Source: Vitrella brassicaformis CCMP3155 (lineage: Eukaryota > Protista > Chromerida). Taken from it: a stretch of DNA of 64,000 nucleotides. Location: positions 1-64,000 of the forward strand of contig CDMY01000293.1 of the NCBI GenBank assembly GCA_001179505.1, read 5' to 3'. A model generated the notes under the pieces. It ran no database searches, was not told where the DNA came from, and saw only the letters and a list, made by a program, of their open reading frames with translations. Shown piece after piece: positions 11,158-23,984 of the stretch; within the stretch, counting starts at the first letter, position 1; every line of letters starts with the position of its first letter. The position numbers and the translations under genes were made by a program.

Positions 11158-13475
11158 TCAATTGTCCGCTTCCACACCCCCCTGGACAATGTCATAGCTC
11201 TCGTCGGTAAAGTCATCTTGCCACCTGACACGACCACGACGCAGACAAACACACGTCAGTGCAGTGTGTGTATGGATGCGATGCAGCAACTGGCTGCCGT
11301 CCGCCCATCATGCCCTGCGTGTTGCGTACATGACGGGCGGCTTCTTGCCCTGAAGGCCCGTGTGCACAGACGTGTACGTATGGTTCCTCATGTCCGCGAG
11401 GCAGTGGCTGATTTTGTCCGCGTACCATGCCTGACATGCAGCCCGCACACACGAAAGAATATGATCATCTCTCTCGAGTGATGCTGCGACCACGGGTGGG
11501 TCCGTCGGCCGGCCCTCACCCGCAGCTGCTCGCCCTGTTCCCACACTTTGGCGGGCGTCGATGGGTAGTCTGGCAAGGAAGAGACCAAGTCCGCCACATA
11601 CGCAAACTGACACACCGCCACAGCAAACTTGATTGTCCCGCCTCTCGCATACATGTACCAGTGCACTGGTTGACCTGGAAGGACATGAAGGAGTTGGCGT
11701 CCTTAATCTCAGTCGCCTTCTTCTGCAGCCACGTCTGGATGTCCTTTTCCTGCTCGGCCGCACTGGGCACTTTGATGCGGCCCACAACGATGTCACGAGC
11801 GTAGTGCGCCTGGGAGCAAGCACCACAGGACAGACAGACTCAGATAATTGGTGTGGATGTGGGTGTGGGTGTTGCTTTGGTTGACAAGAGGTGAGTGCAG
11901 TTTACCTGCACGTCGATCATCGGGAGGGAGAATGCCTGGTCCTGAGCGCCGATGTAGAAGAGCTGGTTGTTCTTCTGCCACACGATACCCTGAATGTCAA
12001 CCACCGAGGGAAATCGACTGACTCTTGTCGATTGGGTACCCTAGCCTCTGTGACGCACCTTGTAGAGATTGGGAGGGTAGAGATCGTTCGCCGCTTCCAG
12101 CCTCAGGGGCTCGGGCAAGAACGGATAATGGTGCAAGTAGCCTACGAGAACAGGAGATAGATACATACCGGGACAGCAATTTGTCGTTTCCGGGTGTGCG
12201 GTTATTGCCGCAGCGCCTCCCTCCTCCGTACCCGTGCAGAGGATGATGGTGTCAGGTTGGAGGGTCGATCCATCGATGAAGTGCACAGTCTGGCCCTCAA
12301 CGCGCTGTACATTCGGCCTTTCGTCGATGTTAGCCGGCCATATATTCTCACTCCTCTGCGTGCGATAGCACACCGTCGCGCCTAAGACCAATTGTATGTG
12401 TAGTGATGCGCTGCGCCATATTCTGTGTCGCCTCCCCCTCCTCCCCTTCTGCCCACCTGTCGCGCCGTACTTGACGCAGGTGATAGCGATGTCTTCGCCC
12501 GAGTAGTGATTCCCAACGCACAGAACATGCTGCCCCTTCATCTCCTTGGCGTCCTTGAAATCCTTGCTGTGCAGCACCTTGCCCGGGAAGCTCTGCAGGC
12601 CCTCTATCTTGGGGAGGCATGGGAACCAGTAGTGACCTGCACACAGACACAAACCAGGCAGTGCACACCGACACCAAACGAACCAGAGCACACCAAACCT
12701 CTGTCTTGGTGTTGTCGATAAAGCAAGCGTGTATGTGTGACCTACCTGTGCACACGAAGAGGAAGTCGGCCGTGTCTATGGTGGTCGATCCGGCGGCGAG
12801 GTCATGGATCTTGACACGAAACTGACGAGTGGCCGCATCGTAGGTCACGTCTTGAACTTGATGCCTGAACTTAATGAAATGTCGAACTCGTTTCTTCTCG
12901 GCCCGTGCAGCGATGTAGTCGGCCATCTCTTTGCGCTTCATGTATGACGGCGAGGGGCCGCCGTAGTGCTCCAGGAACGTGTAGGTTGGCAGCTCCTGGA
13001 TCTCCTTCGCCACCTGACCCCAGATACCAGCCAACAAACCAACCATAAAGAGCCGATTCGCACGTATTGCATCGGTTTGGTGACGCAATAAATCCCTCTC
13101 TCCCTCCGTCCCTTCCGCCCCGGATCACTCACGTTGGTCCACATGTACCTAAGGGACAAAATCAATGACTGTGGGGCAGGGCGTTTGCATGACGAGTAGC
13201 TGCGTGGACTCACTTGTACTGCGCCGAGTGGCCGCCCTTTTCTGTCAATCGTCATTGCCCCCCCCAATCCTGCAGCCAACCCGCACACACACAACCAACC
13301 ACTTGAGAGCATGCCCTCGCATGTATAGGTCGCCTACCTCCTGCCTTTCGTATGCGACGAGATTGGCGACTCCCAGGTCGGCAGACATCGCGAGAGGGGC
13401 GCTGAGATCTGCAAATGCCGAGAGGACGGCAGTGCCTGATGGGCCAGCACCTATGACGAGGACCCTCGTGCTCAT
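11158..13475 (-). CDS. Bacterial-type flavin-containing monooxygenase (trimethylamine monooxygenase/bFMO-like); carries an in-frame TGA at 13252-13254, so possibly a pseudogene
   Basis: MSTRVLVIGAGPSG (FAD GxGxxG); DWGGQ*...HSAQYKYMWTN; CTGHYWFP; FMO signature FPGKVLHSKDF; VGNHYSGED; DTIILCTGYLHHYPFL; LFYIGAQDQAFSLPMID; ending MWQDDFTDESYDIVQGGVEADN* (stop 11158-11160). Colinear with the Methylophaga-type bFMO sequence as I recall it. Confidence 0.88.
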
Positions 13476-13684
13476 TTCACAACCAAGGAGGGACCCTCGT
13501 GCAGCGTGATTTCGACTGAATGGAGTATAAGCGGTGTGAAGCACGCCAACAGATAGATCTACTCACCCAGAGAAGTGATTCCGCTCCAGCTGAGACTGGG
13601 GGCTAGTGGGGGGAAAATTGTCTTTCCTTCTGTTCAGCCATCGCCCGTGCTCCTTGACTCAGACGGACGGCTGATTCGCATACG

Positions 13685-16600
13685 ATGGACTCGATTCAGC
13701 CGAACGGAGCAACCCACGAACCAGAGGGTTCGCTTCGTCCGCCGCCCTCACCAACCGGAGGGGACAGATGCAATTTCGACACTGGGTGAGCCGCTCCCCA
13801 ACACCACACCCGACGCCGCTGTCGCTCGTCTTGATCTCGCGCTCGCTTATTGCAGGTCGGTGGGTCAGCGAAGTAAGCGGAGTGTTGAAGACAGCGGCAG
13901 CCAGGCCGCCTCCCGACTCAAGCAATCGCTGGCAATACATACATACATCCACGACACTCTCTACACACATACCCCCCGGTGCAGGACCGTCGACCTGTGC
14001 ACTGTTCATCCTTTGCGCAGGCAATCGCCCTGGGCGACAAGGCGGCAGAGGGCTACTTGCGGGTTCCTTTCTCCAACCGAGCGAGAGGCAATGCATATGA
14101 AGTGTCTGTTACTTGTGTCGCTCAGGTTCCGCTCAAGAGGGAGGCCTTCATACAGAGGCGAGCCGAACTCACTGCAGGCATTCGAGACCTTGTCGCATGC
14201 ATGGGTGTGTGTTGTTGCTCACATTCAGACTCACCATGGTGGGATTGCGGTGCACTGGATCCGTTGACTCATGTGCTGGATCCATCGGTTGATATGCAGG
14301 AGGAAAACATGGCCCAGCAGGAGTGCGCGTGTCTGGTCAGCATGAACTCCATTGATCGGCTCCTCTCATCTGTCTGCTGTTCATGAGCAGTTCTTATCCT
14401 TCATCTTTCTGCTTTTCATGGTCGCCGTCTATGTCGGAAGCGGGACAGATCAGGCCTACCGGGTGCATGAATCATTAAGGTGGCGCAGGGGAGGTGTGCA
14501 CAGATGCACGAACACACAGCAAGTTCGTACGTGTGTATTTCTGTCGATGTGTATGTGTGTATCTCCTTTCTGTGGTCTGACTTTGTAAGGGAGGCATTCC
14601 ATCTCGACGTGCGTAAGAGGCGGGGAACGACGCACAACCGTAGTAGGACATCTCGTGAATCGATGCTCTTTTTCCTACGTGTCTGTCGGACCACGGGAAT
14701 GACGTGGGTTGTGTGTGCGAACGCAGGATTTGACAGATGTTCGGACGATAAAGCAGTAAAGTGTGTCCTACAATGTCCGACCTGGACGGCTCGATCATGT
14801 CAGGTCGATCACGTCTGGAGTTTCGTCGCTAACCTGTCCAAGACGGAGCAGACGTACATCCCCTCTTCATCGCTATTCTTCAGCCACGACGCAACCACCA
14901 CTCAGCTCAACGCCCTGCCCTCATCTGCTTCCTTCCCGCCTTCACGCAATCTGCAGAATTACCCCCTTCAAGTAAGCAGCTGCCATGGGCGATCACCCAA
15001 CAGGCAGTCAAGCACTCATGCGGCTGCTCTGGCTTCTGCCTGTACAAACATAGCTGTTCGAAACATTCAGTGTGACCGCGTGGGTCAAAGTGAGCAGAAT
15101 GCACGGCACATTAGACATAGACGCACGCACACGCATACGGATATGCCATCATTCTGATTGTCTGCTCTGCCGCCCTCGTGTTGAATACAGACATTGTCTC
15201 CGCGCTTCACTGTGATTGAGAAGCGGATGGAGCGCACCATCACTGGCCTGGGTAGCACCTGCTGGCGCATTGGCATAGATGGCGTCACCTATGGCGCTCA
15301 CGAAGGACGACTCATCGCGACATTCGTCAGTTGGCCGCATCCAGAAAATGCATACACAGGATCCAACACACATTGAGTGCTTTTCGTGACGTACTTCCAA
15401 TGCATGCACAGGTGACCGATGTGGCTCGAGGCCTTCTGCAGGTGGGCCATGTGTCTGTGTGAGGTTCCATAAATACTTATACATATATTCATATACATAC
15501 ATACATACATACATGTGTGTGTGTGTGTGTGGCCCACACGACGGGCTCAGGAGGACTGGTCGCCGGCCAGGACGACATATTTCACCGGCGGATCGTCTGA
15601 GTTTGGAGGCTGTCCGACGGGAAGAGACCCAAACTTTGAGCAGGTAGGTTGGCATGCATGTGTGACGTGTGGGGTATGTGTGTTGGTACGTGTGTGGGTG
15701 TGCATGTGTGTGTCTCTGGGTCGTTGGGTGGGGCAGACGAGAGAAGAGATGCTCGAGGAGACCGGCAGCCAGCGGAGGAGGAGAGCAATGTTCGAGGCGA
15801 AAAACAGTGCCATGGACGACTTCTTGAGGGTGAATTTGGAGACAGAGCTCTCGGACGGAGAATGGCATTTGTTTTCAGTGGTCAGATACAACCAGCGTGA
15901 TGCACTCATGTGTGTATCTGTGCATTTTTGGACGGCAGGTAGTCCGGAACGCCACGTCATCCTTCTACTCTGGTGCGGAATGCATACGCGGGCGAGACAA
16001 AGGGAGGGATGGCGGCTGCTTGCCCGTGTTGGCTGTGCAGACGGCCAGCTGATGGAGACCCTCCCCAACCCGACACATCAGAAGACAATCTGCCCGGGGA
16101 GACTGACGGTCCCGGTATTCCATCAGACACTCACAGACTGCTTGGAGGGGAGCCTGTACGTGGGTGAGTGCAGGCAGCAGCTGGAAGACATCTGTCCGCA
16201 CTCATGGTGTCTGCCTGCCCGCCACCTGCACACGTTTGGATGATCGGGTGTGGTGTGTGTATGGGCTCGGCAGGCGATGACACCCACGAGGGCCAGTTGG
16301 CTGATGTGCGGTACGCAGCAGGGTGGACCCCCCTGTCAGCATGGCATGAATGTCATTTACCCTCTTGTCCTCTGTGCTTACGGCTGGGTTAGTTACTTTC
16401 CTCGTGAGCTGACGCTGAGTGAGATACAGGACATAATCTTCTGTAAGTAAGGGCACGAAGGCAGAGAGGCAGAGAAGCAGACCTTCGCACAAATGGTTTG
16501 TGTCCCCTTCCCCTGTGTGTGTGCAGTCGGCGCTCCCCTCGACGACCTGATCAATGCGGGGGGCTCATCATCCACCGCCGAGACCCAAGACGTCCAGGAA

Positions 16601-19416
16601 CAGAGGCTTGACGAGCTCCAGGGGGTCCTCACCGAGTCACTCGAGGAGAAGCAGCAAGAGCTCCTTAAGGCAAGTCGAAGAACGGCAACAGTCGAGGAAA
16701 CGACGATTGACTGACTGTTGCCACTTTGTCCACACCTTAAAAGGCCTTCAAGACGCTCAGAAACGACCTTGTCTCAAACCAATCGTCAGCTGACGAACCA
16801 ACCGACGTCAACACGACCAGGAGGGCCCTGCAGATAAGTCCTGCAACTGAGTCCGACTCTGAAGATTTATTGCAGCTGGTGGACCAATGCTTTGACGACC
16901 CATCATACCATGACTTCATGTACTGTTGACACTCGTATGGTGTCTTCCCCTCCACACACACACATGCACCGACCTTTACCTTGGTCAATCGAGTCTGTCC
17001 GTATGCCGTCTGTCTGCAGGTATTCAGACTGCCAATGGTAAGTGGGTCACTCAGGCAGTCGGCGATCGGACGCTCGGTAGCATGGCAAGCGCCTGCGGCG
17101 CGTGGTCAGGTACAGATCGTATGACGCGCAATGCTCTTTGTATGCTTCTCAACGGACGGTCGACCAGTGTCCCATCACTTGCGCGCAGGAAAAAGTCAAA
17201 AGTTACGGATCACATATGTTCATCGAGCGCTGGCCACCCCCATGTACATACAAATGGGTCGACTGTGCGCAGTGCGCATTGAGGTTTATGGCGCCTATGT
17301 GGTCCGTCTTCGATCTCGACAATGACAGTGACTGGAATTTCGACGAAATGTCAGCTTTTCTCGGACAAGTACTCCAGTACTGGCTTTCAGATAGCCGCAG
17401 GACTGCACGCAAAAGCAAGGATGTTTTTCCAGGTTGGTGAACCGCTCACTCAAATCCAGTTTGCTGGAATAAAGAGGCAGCTGGGCGTCGAAGGGGAGCT
17501 CATCCCATTTGGTAAGATACCTGATAATTGCCTGATAATCTACCGAGACATATACGCATCGCATGAATGGATCGCAAACATGAATCAGCCATTTGTGTAC
17601 GTGCAGAAGCGATCGAGAGCAACCCAACGGTCGCCGACACATGGCTCACTGAGTAACTGAGTACCTGGAGATCCTCATTATCCCTTCCATCCAGATCAGA
17701 TTCCTTCCGTCAGATATCTGGATAAAATGCGGATCCCAGCCGTTGCACTCCTTGGTCGAAATGCGACTGATTACATGACCAAGGTATTTGGCTTTGATTC
17801 AGCAATTTGGAAGTTTACACAGCCACCATTTGGTGTGTCGGTTGCCGCCAAGATCCACAGGGTGTGGGCCGACCGGCCCTTCTCTGAATCACTAGCAAAG
17901 TCGAACATGAATGTACGCGCGGAAGAAATTACACATGACCCCTGCAGGGATGCCATTATGATATTGGTTCTGCAATGCTCGCTGTGTATATCTGTGTACA
18001 TCTCTCTATGTCTCGGCATCGGTGAAGACAACCGTCGACCAAATCATGGACCTCGTCTCGACGGGAAACGTTGGCTCACGGGCGATGTCTTCCTGGGTGT
18101 ACGAAGTTACAGAAAAGCTCTACCTTCGATAACTTTGTTGTCAATGATTGCAGGCGGGGATTCCCAGCTCACCACGTGCTCCGCTTCACCCGCGTAAGCT
18201 GAAATGAGATCAGCAGATGCAAATTGGGTGGCTATGTGTGAATTTTTCCGCCTACCGTGGACGCCCACCAGGAGAATAAGACCTGCTTCGCCATTGGGCC
18301 TCTAACTGAAGCGCCAGGCGTGGAGCTGACTGGTCGACGCTGCACTTGGAAGAGACGCCGCCGGGCACACGCTTGTATGACTGCCGTCACTCAGGCACAC
18401 GTTGGGGCTTGGAGTATGGCGAGTATGCTCTGAGTGGCATTGACTTCACCAAGTACGCCGCCGAGTATGGCGTATCCCCTGACGGGCGAGAGTTCAATGT
18501 CCGGATCGAAGTAAGTGCCAGTCCTGCATACCTGTGCCTGTGGGTATCTGTATGTCTGTCTGTGGTCTGCACGGAAGGTGCCTGCAGAGGTGCTTCCGAT
18601 CAACTTTGATCTATCAGCTGCAGACGCCCAGGAGTCACCTTTAGCGGACTGGCATCGTGAGATACATACTGACGCCACGACCGGTGTTTGCGTCTGTCTG
18701 TCCGTCGGTCTGCAGATGTGGGCGTGACGATGACTGAGGACAGCTTCGTCTGACTGTTCATATGAAGGGTGAACACACACACAGACGAGACTCCCTCCCT
18801 GAGGACAGGTCGATAACATTCTACCTCGACGGCCGTACGAGTAGCCCCATCGACCTTCCTGTGGGCTTCTCTCTCGACAAGTGCACAGGCAAGCTCAGAG
18901 GCACACAACACTCTACATGGAGCACGCCTCACGCCATGTATGGACTCCCTCAGGCAAGCTCAACAATACATGGTTTGAGACTTTCTTGACTTCTCACCTT
19001 GGTGGTGGAACACAACGAAAACTGAGTTTTGCAACGTAAAGGCGACACAACATAGACATTCAGGAAGAACGGCCCGAATGGGCGGAGGGATGTGTGCGAT
19101 GGATTATTTTGGTGGCGGTGTTTATGCACAGTGATACCGTCGCTCCCCGGCAGCTACACCGAGAACTGCAGACACCAGAAGACCTTAGGAGATGGGCAGA
19201 ACTATACATTAGCGAGACACACATAGAAGTGGGGTCGCCCGTGCCCGGCGGAAAAGGCGTCTACGTTAGTGAAGAAGACGCACACGACGACCTTCCTCTG
19301 CCTACATTTGTGCTCGATGCCTTGTCTATGTGTTGTTCTTTTTCAGGAGAGCGTTGGGGAACTCTTCGACTAGTAAGTACACACGGACCTGTCTGTCTGT
19401 CGGTCAGCCTGCATGC

Positions 19417-19453
<37 letters not shown>

Positions 19454-22400
19454 TGTGTATTTGCATGTCTGTCCGTCCGTGGTCTCAGCAAATATTACGT
19501 GGGCTTGGAATCGATCAAGACCAAGCCTCCATTTTGTAGTTGAATGGATTTTTGCATGGATGTGGAATTTCAGGATCGGGACCTGAGTCTGCAGGAAGTG
19601 CAACTCGATTTCCACAGGTTGGTGTCGGTGCAATGCACCTTACTTACAGTCCGACTCAGACGGGCTTGTAATTTTCGCCGTGTGTATCTGTGTGTGTGTT
19701 TAGTGGCGTGGAGAACGGCGTCCCTCTCTTGCCCGGCACCCTACCCACTCCACCCATATCCACGGTAAGGGTCATATATAACACGCCAGTGCACCATTCG
19801 GGCTGACGTTCCTGCACAATCGCAGGTCGAAACTGTGATCGACCAATACCCAAAACACACGGTGTCCATCATGCCCTCCGTCATCCTGCAGGTGCAAGTC
19901 AGCTTGGTCATGCGTTTCTGGTCATTCAGTGACATTCACGTGTTTTTCGGTTGTTCTTGGCGTTTATTGGCGTTTGGGTTGTCAGGAGCGTGTGAAGACA
20001 TCGCGATGTGACGCAGGTACGCCAGCTGGGCTGCGAGGTCTCGATGCGCTTCATGAGGTGTGACGCAGGGCTCTCATTTTCCCGCCAGCTAGAATCCTAT
20101 CTCTCATCGCAGTTCACAAAGCGCTGCACCACAGTGTATTCGTGTACCTTTCCGTCCATCGGTGACGGAGAGAGTAGCACCAATTACGCATGCACTGGAG
20201 AGCAGACCGAGACATCGGAGTTCTATGGGGTCAAGCCTCAGACTTTCTTGGTACGATAAGAGCGGTATGTGATCATGCATTCATGCTGAGCGGTGTGTAT
20301 GTGTCTGGGAATTTATGCAGGGGAACCTAGTGTACGCCGACTTCCTCCATGTATTTGATTCGTCTATCATCAAGCGCGGAGCAGGCGACACGCGGTTGAC
20401 GAGAAACTGGATCGATATCAAGACCAGGTACGCACGCGGAGGCGTGCGATCCATGCACACCGGTCGATGTGTGTGGTCCTTTAGACAGGTGTCCGTCATC
20501 ATGTCATTTTACACACCAACCTTACGAATTGGCACACTAGTGACCATTCGATTCTCGCTTGAGCAAGAGCGCATTGTGTCAACTTACTCCCTTGACAGTG
20601 TGCATTCGGTAGACCACCCCTGCTACATCGACCGCACAGGAATGTCCTGTACAAATCGGGCTGTGTCCGTGTCTGTCCTCGGTGTCTGACAGATCCCGCA
20701 GCAGCTCCTCTTCCATACCCTCATCTGCGTCGTCTCCTTCCTTGTCCTGATCAGGCTGGCCGCGGCTTTCTACAGGTAAGAAGTCTTACCATGCTAGTCT
20801 GTCTGGAAAGAGAGCCGTCAGCAATGCAGATTGTTTCTGCGGAAAAGGAGTGCCGTCAAAAAGCGGATAGGCATCACTAGATTTTGGTGTATTGTCGACT
20901 TCCTCTTGGGCATCGTCTTCATGGTCGCTGTGGGCAGCATGTTCATGAGCCGATTGTAAGTCACTTCCACAACGTATACGTGCTTCGTTGGTTCACCTTC
21001 GGCCTGTCATTCAGCTCATTACAAGGCGAGGAGCTCTTCAACACCTATTTTACGAAAATCATCAAGGTTAGCTGGAAAGTACATCAAGGCATGCGTCTCT
21101 GCTCTCTAATTTGTGTACCGTGTTGGACAGATACCCTGGACTTCCGAAGCCATCGCTCCCGAAGAAAAGTTCCGGCAATTCTTCGAGGCCTTACAAGATA
21201 TCTGGCAGCTGACAAACATCCTGCTTGTCTCCAAGACGATCGTCGCCATTCTCCTGTAAACAGGACATTTTTCCACGCCTGTCTTTCCAAACATCACGCT
21301 GTTTGATTGTATGTGTGTGTGTTTTATACAGGTATCTGTACTTCGCCAGGATCTGTGTCTACATGTGCGTCCGTCACGCACATCTATACCACGTCTCATG
21401 CCTATCTGGCTGCCTGCTGTACGTGCTCTTGTGTGTCTGTGTCTCATTGATGCAGGTCCGCTCACCCACGTGTTGCAGTACTAGTACGCACCTGTGTCCT
21501 GGCATCCAACGACCTCTTCCACTTCCTCTTAACCTTCTTGATGTGAGACGCCACGAACCATGCTTTGTCTTCGGAATACACATGCGCACTTTGGTTTTCT
21601 TTAAAGGCTATACATCATCCTAGCCTTCATCGTAAGACGGGGCCACCGATGCACAGAGGCCTTGCGTCCATGGGCGCGTCTTCTGTCAGGGTTATTTCCA
21701 ATTCGGGATGCACTTCTTTACCTTCTCAAGCATTGCTGAGAGCCTCATGACGCAATTCAAGGTTGGCTGAGTCTGTTTGGGAAACACTGCTGGATGTATG
21801 AGGCAAGAATTGACTTTCACCTCCTTCGCATCCATCTCCTTGGTTTGGCAGATGCTCGTCGGTTCCTGGCCTGCGGAGATCACCAACTCAAATGACTCAG
21901 CCTTGATTGTCTATTTCGTTATATTTGCGCTGGTCGTGGTGTTCATTGTAAGCAACGAGACGGGCAGATCAGCTCAGTGTGAAATGCAGCACAGCATTTG
22001 AATATCTATGTCTGTATGTGCCGTCTGCCAGCTCCTCAATTTCTTCGTCGCCATCATTATTGAGAAGTACGACATGGCCAAATATCAGCTCGAGGTCCAG
22101 ACACGCATCAAAACGCCACATGAGTGACACAGATTATCTATCATTGCCTGTGATTCTTGTGCTAGGGGATGGAATGCGAGGTCAACAACATCCTCGTCGA
22201 CAGGTGCCCGGGGGGGTGATGGGTTGATGAATGGCGGTTTAGAAGGAATGTTGTTCAGCTTCGATTTGATCATACAATCGTTGGCCGCAACACGCAACCG
22301 TTGGCCGCCCAGACCCGAAGTCATTGCGGAGCTAGAAGGTGAATCATCCTTTCTCCCTCACGCCAAGAGAGAGAGGTGTGGCTGCCGTGTGTCTCCATGC

Positions 22401-23289
22401 GCAGACATGGACATTGATGGCGACACGGTAATTACTGCGACTGGAAGGACTACACGTGCTTCAAGGACAGGTGTCATACACAGACACACACACACACCAC
22501 AGACACACATGCGCACACATGACATGCGGTGTCTCTGTTAACTACTTCGCACAGGACGGAGCGATGCGTTCGGTCTCTGTACAGTTACTACGCATGGTAC
22601 TCCGACGACCGCTTGAGCGAAGCCATGGAATGGGTGCATACGTATGTGCGTGTCTGCATTCAGGCGGTACACGTCGCTGCATGCAGACTTTGCGAGTGGT
22701 GTTCCGGGCATGCTGCCCTCCAAGCTCCAATCTGCTGCTGCTAGGGTGAACGTAGAGGTCCAGCCGACGCACCCTCAGAAGGTCCAGAAATACCAGGCCT
22801 CATCGCCTCACACCATCAACATCCACCCTGGCTCGCCCCGCGCCAGCTCAGACAGATCCCCGGAGGCAAAGAAACGCGTAAGTGTGTTTCCCCTTGGGGT
22901 AGGAGCAGCCACAAACGACATCGCCACTGGTGCCGACCAGCGACGCGCGTCGCTGGTCGACAGTGCCGATGAGGAGGGGGGCGGAGGAGTGAGCGACGAG
23001 GGAGACAGAGGGGGTGCTCGGCCCAACCACATACAAACGAGAGAGGAGGGGGAGCCGGGTGTACGACGTCTTTGGACAGGAGGAGCCGTCTCCGACTGTC
23101 GTCCGCCACAGGCGGGGCTCCAGAGACACCATCGCGGACGCGTCCGTCGACCGGCTGATCAGGGTGAGGGTGAGGGCACTTAGATCCACTACAGTCACAG
23201 GGAGCCTTTGTTGCTGTGTCGTTGGGTGGGTGCAGGAGCTCGTACAGACGCAAGATATGCTTATTGCTCACCGCCACAGCAACGAGTAG
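13685..23289 (+). CDS. Polycystin-2 (TRPP)-like cation channel with a greatly expanded extracellular S1-S2 region (multi-exon; 5' end uncertain)
   Basis: S1-like EQFLSFIFLLFMVAVYVGSGTDQAYRVHESLR (about 14385-14480); PKD2 TOP-domain motif NWIDIKTR-QVSVIMSFYTPTLRIGTLVTIRF (about 20405-20560); further TM segments at about 20700-21400; pore-helix-like FSSIAESLMTQFK-MLVGSW; S6 IVYFVIFALVVVFI-LLNFFVAIIIEKYD (about 21905-22075); low-complexity tail ending ELVQTQDMLIAHRHSNE* at 23289. Confidence 0.78.
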
Positions 23290-23984
23290 TTCATTCACAC
23301 TACACTGCCTGGTATCTTTTCATCACCGTGTCACTCGCACCGTAACAAGAGCATCGGCACCTGCAGCGGTGTATTTCCTGGAGTCCTTTTCAGCTTGCGT
23401 ATGTATCGACTTTCTGAGCTCTTGTCGAGGGACAGGATCTGCAAGGGAGGGACCGCTTCCATCACTGGCCCTAGCAGCAGCATGGGTCTACACGTAGATA
23501 CATGTATGTCAGGTCTGCGCGTGTATCTACCTGTGGGCCGTTGGCCACCGATCGGCGCAGCCACACGTGGATTGAAACATGGAGACACACACGGGGCGCG
23601 GCCCATCGCGTGTGCCCGCATTGGTCTGTGAACAAACGAGACCTCCGGTGGAGAAATCAATGAAGATGACGGAAAGCAGCAGTCTGCAATAAATGGCTGG
23701 CTGGCTGGCTGTGGCCGCATACCGTTGGGTTCAAGGGATTGCATCGCACCGAGCCGATGTACGTATGTAAGCATGTACCCCTGAATGTGTGTGTGCCCAT
23801 GTGTACATATTATACGCATGGTACAAAATTATGCACGTCAAACTGAGCGGTTTCCCCCACTTTCCACCATACTCGCAAACATGCATATACACAGCTATTA
23901 CATGCTCTCCCTTCCATCCACATGGATCGACGAGAAAAACACATCATCGACCCAATAAGACAGGGGCAGGGCAGGGCGGCTCTG

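Noticed and set aside
13252-13254. Selenocysteine recoding of the FMO TGA
   Set aside because: The aligned residue is a structural Trp rather than a Cys, and I could not identify a SECIS-like AUGA/AA/GA hairpin downstream of the gene.
18734-18808. Non-canonical GA-AG intron or introner-like element with a 10-bp direct repeat (CTGAGGACAG) and an internal hairpin in the LamG exon
   Set aside because: A canonical GT-AG intron (18748-18803) restores the frame (TEDSFDRSITFYLDG), so no unusual splicing is required; the repeat is probably coincidental.
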